Under the pieces are notes generated by a model. That model made no database searches. It saw only the letters and a program-made list of their open reading frames with translations, and had not been told where the DNA came from. DNA of 64,000 nucleotides from Anaeroplasma bactoclasticum (GTDB taxonomy: Bacteria; Bacillota_I; Bacilli_A; ML615J-28; CAG-313). Of the stretch, positions 39,331 through 48,485 are shown piece after piece (positions within the stretch are counted from its first letter, which is position 1; each line of letters opens with the position of its first letter). Made by a program: the position numbers and the translations under genes. Location of the stretch: the NCBI GenBank assembly GCA_023667245.1, contig JAMPAL010000004.1, positions 1,063-65,062 of the forward strand, read 5' to 3'.

Positions 39331-40078
39331 TGAGACTTACGTAGTAGAAGCAGTTCAAAAAAAAGGGAAAAAATATCTTGTTCAATTTGAAAATAACGAT
39401 GATCCTCTCACACTAACAGAAGATCAAATTGTCGAATTTAGGGTGATAAAAGGAAGCATATTTTCCGATAGTGATTTTGAAAAAATCAAAGCTTCTATAG
39501 AACTATCCACATATTATGCTAAATCCATTCGTTATATTGATTTTAAGCCAAGAACAAAAAAAGAAGTAGTAGAGTATCTTCAATCGTATGGGTTAGATCA
39601 GGATTCCATAATAAAGCTCATTCAAAAATTAGAACAAATTGGATATATTGATGATGAACGTTATGTTAGCCGATTTGTGGAGGAGTGCATTCGTAAAGGA
39701 AAAGGGCGATATTATATCATTCAAACGCTAAGCCAAAAAGGCATCAATAAGGAATTTGTTTTTCCATTTTTAGCAGAATATGATAAAGATGTTGAAATAG
39801 AAAATGCGATGGCGTTAGCAAGCAAAATACTTTTCAAAATAACAGATTATCCAGTACGAAAGCAAAAATTACAAATTCAACAAAAACTGCTTAGTGCAGG
39901 ATTTCATTCAGAAATCATCAACTATGTCATTAACCATCTTTCTTTTGAAAATCATTCTCAAGAACGGTTAAAAAAAGAAGTCGCAAGGCTAAAAGAGAAA
40001 AACCTAGAAAAAGAAAAAATCATTACTAAATTACTTGCTAAAGGGTATGAGTATATAGATATAAAAAAAGTATTGTAA
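39320..40078 (+). CDS. recX: RecX-family regulatory protein
   Basis: Repeated three-helix units (RTKKEVVEYLQSYGLDQDSIIKLIQKLEQIGYIDDERYVSRFVEE...IIQTLSQKGI). ATG 39320 chosen to minimise overlap with the upstream CDS. Confidence 0.7.
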   Translation: MKSNETYVVEAVQKKGKKYLVQFENNDDPLTLTEDQIVEFRVIKGSIFSDSDFEKIKASIELSTYYAKSIRYIDFKPRTKKEVVEYLQSYGLDQDSIIKLIQKLEQIGYIDDERYVSRFVEECIRKGKGRYYIIQTLSQKGINKEFVFPFLAEYDKDVEIENAMALASKILFKITDYPVRKQKLQIQQKLLSAGFHSEIINYVINHLSFENHSQERLKKEVARLKEKNLEKEKIITKLLAKGYEYIDIKKVL

Positions 40079-40294
40079 TTAGTCTAAATGAGGGTCTTCG
40101 TACATATAATTTATTGGTGATAAAATTGAAAAGAAAAAGGGTAAATGAAGGATTAAGAAGTCTTTCCAAGAATTTTGTCGAAGAAAAAGAATTAGAGGAA
40201 AACATTAAAACACAAATTACCAAAGAGATTAACAATCATCGTAAAAAATAATGCATTTTTCGTGCAAGAGACAAAAAATCGTAGTAGAATGTGG

Positions 40295-40410
40295 GTAATC
40301 TTCAGGGCAGGGTGAAATTCCCGACCGGTGGTTATAGTCCACGAGCTAGCAATAGCATGATTTGGTGCAATTCCAAAACCGATAGTAAAGTCTAGATGAA
40401 AGAAGACATA
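40295..40410 (+). promoter_or_regulatory. FMN riboswitch (RFN element)
   Basis: Conserved RFN core CTTCAGGGCAGGGTGAAATTCCCGACCGGTGGT...AGTCCACGAGC...GATTTGGTGCAATTCCAAAACCGATAGT...AGTCTAGATGAAAGAAG. Lies upstream of a RibU-type transporter. Confidence 0.9.
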
Positions 40411-40434
40411 ATGCCAATATTATGCCTAAAAAAA

Positions 40435-40466
40435 TACTGCCTAACTGAAGATGGGCAGTTTTTATT
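40435..40466 (+). terminator. riboswitch expression-platform terminator
   Basis: ACTGCC-(11 nt)-GGCAGT followed by TTTTT, directly before the ribU RBS. Confidence 0.6.
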
Positions 40467-40477
40467 TGGAGAAGGAT

Positions 40478-41119
40478 ATGAAAAAAAACAAAAAAGCGTT
40501 AGATTACATGACTAAAGTGGCTATCTTTTCTGCGATATCCATTGTCTTGTATTTTATTAAGTTTCCCCTACCTTTCCTATTTCCGGATTTTTTAGATATT
40601 CAATTTTCTAATCTTCCAGCAATATTAGGTGGGCTAGTAATGGGACCCATTGGTGGTGTGTTGATTGTAGTCATTCGAACTTTAATCAAATTACCATTTA
40701 CATCTACGGCAGGTGTAGGTGAATTGGCCGATTTATTGATAGGTGTTTCTACTGTTTTAACCAGTTCACTTGTTTATCACAAACTCAAGACCAAAAAGGG
40801 TGGTGCAATCGCACTGGCTTTGGGTGTTGTTGTATGGGTAGCAATGGCACTACTTGCTAATGGTACATTCTTGATTGAATTTTACAAAGAAGTGGCAGGA
40901 ATAGATGCGGTAATTGGTATGTGCAAAAAAGTATTACCATCTATGAATGAATCGAATTTTATGCGCCTTTATTTATTAGGAGCAATATTGCCTTTCAATT
41001 TGCTGCTTTCTACATTGGTTTCACTGGTTACTTTCTTTGTGTATAAACGTGTCTCCGTTTTATTCAAAAAGGAATTATTTCAGGGCAAAGCAACATCCAA
41101 TGAAAATATTAACCATTAG
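40478..41119 (+). CDS. ribU: riboflavin transporter, ECF S-component RibU
   Basis: ATG 40478 follows GGAGAAGG, whereas the ORF-track ATG 40451 lies inside the terminator hairpin. Motif FPLPFLFPDFLDIQFSNLPAILGGLVMGP. Five or six TM helices. FMN riboswitch upstream. Confidence 0.8.
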   Translation: MKKNKKALDYMTKVAIFSAISIVLYFIKFPLPFLFPDFLDIQFSNLPAILGGLVMGPIGGVLIVVIRTLIKLPFTSTAGVGELADLLIGVSTVLTSSLVYHKLKTKKGGAIALALGVVVWVAMALLANGTFLIEFYKEVAGIDAVIGMCKKVLPSMNESNFMRLYLLGAILPFNLLLSTLVSLVTFFVYKRVSVLFKKELFQGKATSNENINH

Positions 41120-42191
41120 TGATTCATTTAAAGGAACTCTACGTTCTTCAGAAATTGGACAAATTGTAAGTAAATATTGCGGGGGAAAAGGCTATGATGC
41201 TACATATATACCCATTTCAGATGGAGGAGAGGGCTTTTTGGAGACAGTGCATTATATAACGAAGCTACCATTTTATGCAATAGAAGTAAATGACCCTATA
41301 TTTCAAAAGACGATTGCCAAATATCTTTTTGATGATGTGAAAAAAATTGCCTATTTGGAGTTGGCTGAGGCTTGTGGTATTGCCAAAATGAAGACCCTAT
41401 CGCCTATTCAGGCATCTACGTATGGATTGGGTGAACTGATTATGCATGTCATCAATAATCATGTCCCTAAGAAGATTATTTTAGGCATTGGTGGTAGTGC
41501 TACATCAGATATGGGAGTAGGTATGTTAGAAGCTTGTGGAGTGGATTTTTCAGATGCTCATCATTTCCGCCTTTCTAAAATGAATCATGCCAAATTGATG
41601 CAAATTCGAAATATACAGACAAAAGCATTTCGAAAAAAAATAAAACACATTGAATTTGTTACGTTAACAGACGTAAACAATTGTGCCTTTGGAAAAACAG
41701 GTTGTATCAATACCTTTGCTCCTCAAAAAGGAGCTAAACAAGAAGATTTATTTTTAATGGAAAAAAATGTACTCCATTTTCATCATGTAACTCAAGATAC
41801 CTTTGGCTCTACCATTCAAGATTTTCCTGGAGCAGGTGCCGCAGGCGGAGTGGGATATACGATGAAACATTATTTTGGAAGTACTATTCAGTCAGGAATA
41901 GAGGTCCTATTAGATATGGTCGATTTTCCTCACCTTGTACAAGAAAGTGATATTGTCATTACAGGAGAAGGCTCATTTGATGAGCAAAGTTTAAATGGGA
42001 AAGTGATTAGTGGGATTTGGAAACATCGTCCCAAGCGCCTCATTGTCCTTTGTGGAAAAAGTGACTTTTCTAATCCATCATTTGAAGTATATCCAATTGT
42101 GCCAATGGTTGCTTCTTTTGAGGAAGCAATACAACAACCTAGGGCGTCACTTGAACGACTTTTAGATACGATACCATTTGATAAAAAATAG
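41100..42191 (+). CDS. glxK: glycerate kinase
   Basis: Begins MKILTISDSFKGTL. Also GGSATSDMGVGML and ITGEGSFDEQSLNGKV. Start overlaps the ribU 3' end by 20 nt. Confidence 0.85.
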   Translation: MKILTISDSFKGTLRSSEIGQIVSKYCGGKGYDATYIPISDGGEGFLETVHYITKLPFYAIEVNDPIFQKTIAKYLFDDVKKIAYLELAEACGIAKMKTLSPIQASTYGLGELIMHVINNHVPKKIILGIGGSATSDMGVGMLEACGVDFSDAHHFRLSKMNHAKLMQIRNIQTKAFRKKIKHIEFVTLTDVNNCAFGKTGCINTFAPQKGAKQEDLFLMEKNVLHFHHVTQDTFGSTIQDFPGAGAAGGVGYTMKHYFGSTIQSGIEVLLDMVDFPHLVQESDIVITGEGSFDEQSLNGKVISGIWKHRPKRLIVLCGKSDFSNPSFEVYPIVPMVASFEEAIQQPRASLERLLDTIPFDKK

Positions 42192-42219
42192 CTATTTCAA
42201 AGGAAATAGCTATTTTTTT
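42184..42219. terminator. bidirectional intrinsic terminator
   Basis: AAAAAATAGCTATTTC-aaag-GAAATAGCTATTTTTTT between convergent genes. Confidence 0.85.
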
Positions 42220-43028
42220 GCTTCAAAAAAAGATTTCAAAAAGTGTAGAACACCTTGTTGATCAAACCGATTGGTAATGGTAGTTGCAAAGGGGATTAAA
42301 TCTGGATGAGCATTTCCCATTGCAACGCCAATAGAAGCAGCTTTTAATAATCCAATATCATTATGTCCATCACCAATTGCAATGGTTCTTTCTTTAGGAA
42401 TATGATAATATCGACAAGCATCTTCAAATCCAACACTTTTATCGACAAGAGGATTATAAATTTCAACAATATAATGTTGATTTACTTGCCAAAAACGCGA
42501 TAATAATTTACCTGTATAATGTTGTTCAATAAAATGTTGAAACGAGGTAATGGCTTCTTTTTTTAGGAAAAAGAGCGCACCATTAGGATTACCAGGCAAA
42601 ATGTCTTTGAGTTCACCAGCATATAATGATCCAAATGCGTCATTGATATGCAAAAAGGAATGAATAGTAGGATTATAGTCTTGAACATAGATATCATCAC
42701 CTATTTCACAAAACACATTGATTAAATTAGGTCTAATGCATTCAATGATATCTAATAAATCAGTTCTATCAATACGCAAATCTGTTTGCGGGTAAAGCGG
42801 ATCTTTAGGATTGGTAATTTTTGCACCATTATAATTGATTAAAGGCGTGTCTAAACCAAGAGCCTCATATACAAAATAACTAGAACGAAGGGGCCTACCC
42901 GTGGCAAGCATAATGATGTGTCCATTTGCTTTAAGATGTTTTAAATAATCAATGGTCTCTATATCATAATGCTCAAAATCTAACATCAGAGTTCCATCTA
43001 AGTCAAGAACAATTAAATATGGTTTCAT
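42210..43028 (-). CDS. Cof-type HAD-IIB phosphatase
   Basis: DLDGTL motif I, TGR motif II and GDGHNDIGLL motif IV. Start taken at MKPYLIV; an ATG six codons upstream (43046) is an alternative. Confidence 0.8.
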   Translation of the reverse strand: MKPYLIVLDLDGTLMLDFEHYDIETIDYLKHLKANGHIIMLATGRPLRSSYFVYEALGLDTPLINYNGAKITNPKDPLYPQTDLRIDRTDLLDIIECIRPNLINVFCEIGDDIYVQDYNPTIHSFLHINDAFGSLYAGELKDILPGNPNGALFFLKKEAITSFQHFIEQHYTGKLLSRFWQVNQHYIVEIYNPLVDKSVGFEDACRYYHIPKERTIAIGDGHNDIGLLKAASIGVAMGNAHPDLIPFATTITNRFDQQGVLHFLKSFFEAKK

Positions 43029-43128
43029 TTTATCACCCACAAGCATTATACCAAAAAAAGTGAATTTTGTCTAATTAAAAAGAAATTTCCTTTTTCATTA
43101 GGGTTTAAAGAAAAAAATAATACCCTAC

Positions 43129-43157
43129 TTGATTTTTTTATTCAAATATGTTAAAAT
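43129..43157 (+). promoter_or_regulatory. sigma-A promoter for the membrane protein / ftsK-like pair
   Basis: TTGATT, a 17-nt spacer, then TAAAAT, with an extended TGT. Confidence 0.5.
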
Positions 43158-43196
43158 AAACAAATGAGATATGTAGAAAAGAAAAGGAGTGATAGA

Positions 43197-44021
43197 GTGA
43201 AACAAATCGTATTTTCTTTATCATGGATTGAAAAGGTAGATCGATTTTTCACAGATTTATTTTCTAATTTGAAAGATATGATGACTTGGTCCACTTTTTT
43301 TATACTACTTGCTGGAGTAATGATTGGATTTGTTATTTGTTCAACAATCTATGGTATACTATTAGTAGTCTCTATTGAACAAAAAGAAAAACAAATAACA
43401 ATTCAGGAAAATAAAGCAACAGATGAAGCATTTTGCAAAATGATAGATGACATAAAGCATCGCTATATTGAAGAAACGGAAGGTCTTGCGATGAAGGATC
43501 GTTTTGAGGCACTGGGTGTAAAACTATTTGAGGTAGTTAATAAAACGGCCTCAATCTATTATCCAGATTCGAAATATCCATTATATGAACTCACCATTGA
43601 GGAGTTGATTTTATTTATGCACTATTTGTCTAACCGAATAGACGATGTATTTGATAAACCGATTTTGCGTCCCTTTAAGCAAATGAGCGTGAGTCAAATT
43701 ATGAAATGGCTAGATGCAAAGAAAAAAATAGAGGAAAATAAAGCAGTCAAATTAGCGAAACAAGCTAAAATGGGAAAAGTTGCTTCAACAACAATGACCT
43801 TATTAAAGGTACTCAATCCTGTTACTTGGTTGAAAAAATTAGTCGTTGGATCAACTATTCAGTTTGCTACAAGAAAAATATCACTTTTGATTATTGACAT
43901 TGTCGCAGATGAAACCAACAAAACATATAGTAAAAGTATTTTTGATAAAGAAAAAACACTTCGAAAAGTTGAAATAGAAAAGGCTCTAATGGAGTTAGAA
44001 AGGGAGGAAGTAGATGCCTAA
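43197..44021 (+). CDS. single-pass membrane protein, unknown function
   Basis: GTG 43197 lies 7 nt after AAAGGAG, whereas ATG 43164 has no RBS. One long hydrophobic segment (WSTFFILLAGVMIGFVICSTIYGILLVVSI) then a charged helical region. Stop overlaps the ftsK-like start. Confidence 0.5.
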   Translation: MKQIVFSLSWIEKVDRFFTDLFSNLKDMMTWSTFFILLAGVMIGFVICSTIYGILLVVSIEQKEKQITIQENKATDEAFCKMIDDIKHRYIEETEGLAMKDRFEALGVKLFEVVNKTASIYYPDSKYPLYELTIEELILFMHYLSNRIDDVFDKPILRPFKQMSVSQIMKWLDAKKKIEENKAVKLAKQAKMGKVASTTMTLLKVLNPVTWLKKLVVGSTIQFATRKISLLIIDIVADETNKTYSKSIFDKEKTLRKVEIEKALMELEREEVDA

Positions 44022-46104
44022 AGAATCAAGAAATAATCTGAATGCAAGAAGAGAATTTTATATCCATCGAATTGTTAGAAATGGAAAAATGTATGATGAA
44101 GAGGCGCCAAAACAAGAAGAAGCAATTGAAACAGCACCAAAAGAAAAAAAGAAAATTTCTTATGCAGAATCATTTGGTTATCGTGAAGATCCAAGACGAT
44201 ATGATTTTTTAAATCCCAAAAAAACAGAAGAAGAAAAGGAACAAGAGCGAAGAAGAAAAGTATTATCCGTTATTCAAAATACCCAATTGGAGCCCCCTTT
44301 AGCTGATGAACAAATTGGTTATTTTGACGATGGATTGGTGGATGAAGGAAATATAGAGCCTATAGTTGACCAATTGTATCAAGAACGATTAGATGAAGAA
44401 ATGGAAATAAATGACAATATTGAATCCATTGTTAGGGCTTCGAATAACGAAATACCATCTTTTGTTCCAACCGATCCAATGGTGATGCCAGAAGAAAATG
44501 ATGTATCCATAGAAATGGTTGCAGAACCAGTTAAACCGAAACCGCAGCCAAAACCTGCACCTGAACCCAGAGAATGGGTTGTGGAAAAACCTGTACAACA
44601 CGTCAAAGTGGAAGAACCTAAGCGCCCAGTGAGTACCAGAACAAAGCGATCTAAATATATTGCACCATCATTTGATTTACTTACTTGTTCTGATGAACGA
44701 AATAGCGAAAATGAAGACGAAGCTAAAAAACAAGCTGAGATTATCAATAAAACCTTTAAAGAGTCAGGTATACGTGCTGAAGTTGCTCGATTTATTTTTG
44801 GTCCAACGGTAACACAATTTTTGATTACGATTGAAGAAGGGGCCAATATCAAAGATATACGTAAAGCAGAGGCAAATTTATTGATGTATTTGCAATGTGA
44901 AAGTATTCGGATACAAACCCCAATTCCTGGAAAACCTTTTGGTGGTATTGAGGTACCTAAAAAGCCAGAAAATAGAAGAACAGTTTTTTTGGGAGATATG
45001 CTCACCTGTAAGGAATTTAAGAATTTAGATTACCAAGTACCTGTTGCTGTAGGACAAGACAATTACGGAAACTATCATTATATTGATTTAACGGAGATGC
45101 CACATGGATTGGTTGCAGGAACAACAAAATCAGGAAAAAGTGTATGTTTAAATGCCTTTTTATTGAGTTTAATTTATCGATTTACACCAGATCAATTGCG
45201 CCTTGTATTGATAGATCCAAAACGAATAGAGTTGGGTGTATATGAAGGTATACCTCATTTGGCTATGCCCGTTGTTACTGATCAAGAGGACTTCCAAAGT
45301 GCATTAGGCTGGGTATATGAAGAAATGGAAAATCGCTATAAAGAATTTGAGTTATATGGAGAGCGAAATATTGTAGATTATAATGAAATTCGAAAAGAGC
45401 AACATGAAAAGCAAATGGCGTATATGATTGTCATTATGGATGAGTTTAGTGATTGGTTTGCGGATGCAAATTCGGAAATTGAGATGTATATGCAAAAATT
45501 GGCTCAAAAGGCTCGGGCAGCAGGAATCAATATTATTCTTGCTACACAAAGACCTTCTAAAGATGTTATCAAAGGAACCATTAAAGCCAATTTTGATACT
45601 AGAATTGCCTTTCGTGTAACGGGATTTGCTGATTCTCAGGTTATTTTAGGCAATAGTGGGGCTGAAAAGTTAGAAGGTAAAGGAGATATGTTGATTCGCT
45701 ATGCAGGACGTAGTGAACAACGTTTACAAGGCGCTTTTGTTCCTAATAGTGATATCAAAAAAGTAACTAGATTTCTTAGAGAAAATAATACTTGTGAATA
45801 TATTGTAACGAAGGAAGAAATACATCAATCCACTGTATCTAGACAAGCAGCAACGTCAAGTGCTGGAAAAACACTAGGCCGTGATGATCCTCGCTTTGAG
45901 GAAGTTGCTTATTGGATTGTTCGCAATAAGAATGCTTCAATGAATCAATTGACTCAAAATTTTGGTATGGGATTTAATCGAATCAATGATATCGTTATGG
46001 CATTAGAACAAATGGGTGTATTGAGTCCAGGTGTAAAAGGAAAACAGCGTGAGGTATTGATGGACGAATTTGAATTTACACAATTATTAGAAGAGAATGA
46101 ATAA
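44014..46104 (+). CDS. FtsK/SpoIIIE-family DNA translocase lacking an N-terminal membrane domain (SftA-like)
   Basis: Walker A GTTKSGKS, Walker B IVIMDEF, TQRPS and a gamma winged-helix domain (NASMNQLTQNFGMGFNRINDIVMALEQMGVLSP). The N-terminal part, roughly 230 aa by my estimate, is charged or Pro-Lys-rich (KPKPQPKPAPEP) with no TM helix. Confidence 0.88.
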   Translation: MPKESRNNLNARREFYIHRIVRNGKMYDEEAPKQEEAIETAPKEKKKISYAESFGYREDPRRYDFLNPKKTEEEKEQERRRKVLSVIQNTQLEPPLADEQIGYFDDGLVDEGNIEPIVDQLYQERLDEEMEINDNIESIVRASNNEIPSFVPTDPMVMPEENDVSIEMVAEPVKPKPQPKPAPEPREWVVEKPVQHVKVEEPKRPVSTRTKRSKYIAPSFDLLTCSDERNSENEDEAKKQAEIINKTFKESGIRAEVARFIFGPTVTQFLITIEEGANIKDIRKAEANLLMYLQCESIRIQTPIPGKPFGGIEVPKKPENRRTVFLGDMLTCKEFKNLDYQVPVAVGQDNYGNYHYIDLTEMPHGLVAGTTKSGKSVCLNAFLLSLIYRFTPDQLRLVLIDPKRIELGVYEGIPHLAMPVVTDQEDFQSALGWVYEEMENRYKEFELYGERNIVDYNEIRKEQHEKQMAYMIVIMDEFSDWFADANSEIEMYMQKLAQKARAAGINIILATQRPSKDVIKGTIKANFDTRIAFRVTGFADSQVILGNSGAEKLEGKGDMLIRYAGRSEQRLQGAFVPNSDIKKVTRFLRENNTCEYIVTKEEIHQSTVSRQAATSSAGKTLGRDDPRFEEVAYWIVRNKNASMNQLTQNFGMGFNRINDIVMALEQMGVLSPGVKGKQREVLMDEFEFTQLLEENE

Positions 46105-46115
46105 GAGGGGGAAAT

Positions 46116-47000
46116 ATGAATCAGGATCATTATTTAAAACGATATTATAAAAATAATAACCCCTTGCTTTCTCAATTGACCATTAGAAAAAGAATCTTTA
46201 AACGATTTTGGATATTTATTATTGCTTCAGTTTTATATTTCATTATGATTTCCTTTTCCAATTTTGGAAAACTAAGTGGAGAGTTGACGATTGGTGACAC
46301 ATTATCTATCTTGCATTATATAATGGTGGTTTCTGCTTGTATAGGTGGAATTGGTTTGGTAGTGATGGTTTTCTTTTATTGTAAACAAGATCTTTTGAAA
46401 GGATTATCTTACCGAATAAAAGCAGGCTTATTTACTTTCTTAGATTGGTTTTCTGTTTTGCCAATTTGCATTTTTCTGACTATCTTTTGTTTTTCTTATT
46501 TATTTATCATTACACCAATCAGTGGAACATCAATGATGCCAACCATTGAAGACGGAGAACATGTTTTTGTATGGTATCATCAAAAAATTGAACATGGTTC
46601 TGTTGTGATTTTAGAAGTGAATGAAGAGGATAATTTTGATGTTAAAAAATCAAGTCATTATATTAAACGAGTTGTTGGCTGTCCTGGAGATACAGTAGAA
46701 TGGAAAAATAAACAACTGATTATCAATGGTCAAGTGGTGGAAGAATCGTATTTTCCAGATGACTATTTAACGAGTTTAATTACAACCGACTTTGAGGGGC
46801 CATTAAAGTATAAAGATGAAAAGGGACAACTCATAGAGACTACCCATATTCCAGAAGGATATTATTTTGTACTTGGAGATAACCGTAGTGTAGGAGGAAG
46901 TCATGATAGTAGGGCAATAGGACTTATTCCAGAAGAAAATATTATAGGAGTTGCTACCTATCATATGAGTTTTATTATTCCAAGAGGTAAAATAGTATGA
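46116..47000 (+). CDS. lepB: signal peptidase I with extended multi-TM N-terminus
   Basis: SGTSMMPT (Ser nucleophile), KRVVGCPGD (Lys) and GDNRSVGGSHDSR box E. Confidence 0.85.
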   Translation: MNQDHYLKRYYKNNNPLLSQLTIRKRIFKRFWIFIIASVLYFIMISFSNFGKLSGELTIGDTLSILHYIMVVSACIGGIGLVVMVFFYCKQDLLKGLSYRIKAGLFTFLDWFSVLPICIFLTIFCFSYLFIITPISGTSMMPTIEDGEHVFVWYHQKIEHGSVVILEVNEEDNFDVKKSSHYIKRVVGCPGDTVEWKNKQLIINGQVVEESYFPDDYLTSLITTDFEGPLKYKDEKGQLIETTHIPEGYYFVLGDNRSVGGSHDSRAIGLIPEENIIGVATYHMSFIIPRGKIV

Positions 47001-47854
47001 TTCAGTGGTATCCTGGCCATATGGCCAAAGCCATCAAAGAAATTACCGAGAAAGTCAAAATTGTTGATTTAGTGATTGTCTTATTAGATGCTAGAGTGCC
47101 TTTGTCTTCTTTTAATCCGTTATTAAAAGAAATTTTATTGAATAAGAAAGTATTATATATTTTGACTAAAAAAGATAAAGCGGATGTTACTGAAACAGCA
47201 AAATGGTTAAAATACTATCAGTCGCTTGGCATAAGGGCAATTGCCATGGATGCGCGAGAATTGAAAAATGCTAAAATCGTCGTGAAAGAAGCTACGCAAT
47301 TATTAGCAGATAAACGGGCAAAAGATATTGCCAGAGGTATAAAACCAAGACCAATTAAAACGATGATTGTAGGAATTCCAAATGTAGGGAAATCAACGTT
47401 AATTAATGCTTTAGTTGGAAAAAGAGTAACTGCAGTGGGGGATAGGCCTGGTGTAACAAAGGTACAACAATGGATTAAAATCAATCAGGAGTTAGAACTA
47501 TTAGATACACCAGGGGTATTGTGGCAAAAGTTTGAAGATCAAACAATGGGACTCCATTTATCTATTACAGGTGCTATTCATGATGCAATATTACCAGTTG
47601 TAGAAGTTAGTGAATATTTGATTGATACTTTGAATCAGTATTATCCTGGTGTATTAGAGAAAAGATATCAATTATCTTTTCAACATCAGACAGCAGAAGA
47701 CATATTATGTTCAATTGCCAAAAAGCAAAACCATTATTTATCTGATAAATCATTTGATTTAGAAAGAACAGCTCTATTTTTGTTACAAGAAGTAAGAAAT
47801 GGATATTATGGAAAAATTACATTAGATAGGTGCCCAATATGCGAAAATCAGTAG
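46997..47854 (+). CDS. rbgA: ribosome biogenesis GTPase A (YlqF)
   Basis: Circularly permuted GTPase. Begins MIQWYPGHMAKA, with LTKKD, GIPNVGKST and DTPG. Conserved lepB-ylqF-rnhB order. Confidence 0.9.
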   Translation: MIQWYPGHMAKAIKEITEKVKIVDLVIVLLDARVPLSSFNPLLKEILLNKKVLYILTKKDKADVTETAKWLKYYQSLGIRAIAMDARELKNAKIVVKEATQLLADKRAKDIARGIKPRPIKTMIVGIPNVGKSTLINALVGKRVTAVGDRPGVTKVQQWIKINQELELLDTPGVLWQKFEDQTMGLHLSITGAIHDAILPVVEVSEYLIDTLNQYYPGVLEKRYQLSFQHQTAEDILCSIAKKQNHYLSDKSFDLERTALFLLQEVRNGYYGKITLDRCPICENQ

Positions 47855-48471
47855 AAGAGCTAAAAGAAAATTATGATTTTGAAGCCAAATATTATGCGGA
47901 AGGATTTCAATATATTGCGGGTACCGATGAAGTAGGAAGAGGACCTTTGGCAGGTCCTGTTGTGGCAAGTGCTGTCATTATGCCTAGGGGATGTTATATT
48001 GAAGGTGTTACAGATTCAAAGAAATTATCAAGTAAAAAAAGAAAAGCGTTGCGTGCTGAAATTGAAAAAAAGGCATTAAGCATTGTTACGGTATTTATTG
48101 ATGAGGAAACCATTGATCAAATCAATATTTATGAAGCTAGTCGCTTGGCCATGCAACAAGCTATAAAAGGCTTATATCCACAACCCGACCTGGTTTTATC
48201 CGATGCTATGCCATTGCATATGGAAATAGAGAATCTACCTATTATTAAGGGAGATGAAAAAAGTTTTGTTATTGGTTGTGCAAGTATTATTGCCAAGGAA
48301 ATTCGGGATGACTATATGGATATATTAGACAAAAGATATCCGGGATATGGATTCAGTCAAAATAAGGGATATCCAACCAAGGCACATCAAGAGGCATTAC
48401 AAACACAAGGTGTTTTGCCAATTCATCGCAAGACATATGGTCCTGTAGCAAGACTATTGCAAAAAAAATAA
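47830..48471 (+). CDS. rnhB: ribonuclease HII
   Basis: Motifs GTDEVGRGPLAGPVV, DSKKLS and GYPT..H. Confidence 0.92.
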   Translation: MPNMRKSVEELKENYDFEAKYYAEGFQYIAGTDEVGRGPLAGPVVASAVIMPRGCYIEGVTDSKKLSSKKRKALRAEIEKKALSIVTVFIDEETIDQINIYEASRLAMQQAIKGLYPQPDLVLSDAMPLHMEIENLPIIKGDEKSFVIGCASIIAKEIRDDYMDILDKRYPGYGFSQNKGYPTKAHQEALQTQGVLPIHRKTYGPVARLLQKK

Positions 48472-48485
48472 ACATAGGTGATAAG

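Noticed and set aside
44379-45005. 208-aa and 70-aa minus-strand ORFs inside the ftsK-like gene
   Set aside because: They are antisense to a strongly supported CDS. The translations are low-complexity (Ser/Gly/Phe-rich mirror of the Pro/Lys/Glu linker), with no RBS or promoter.
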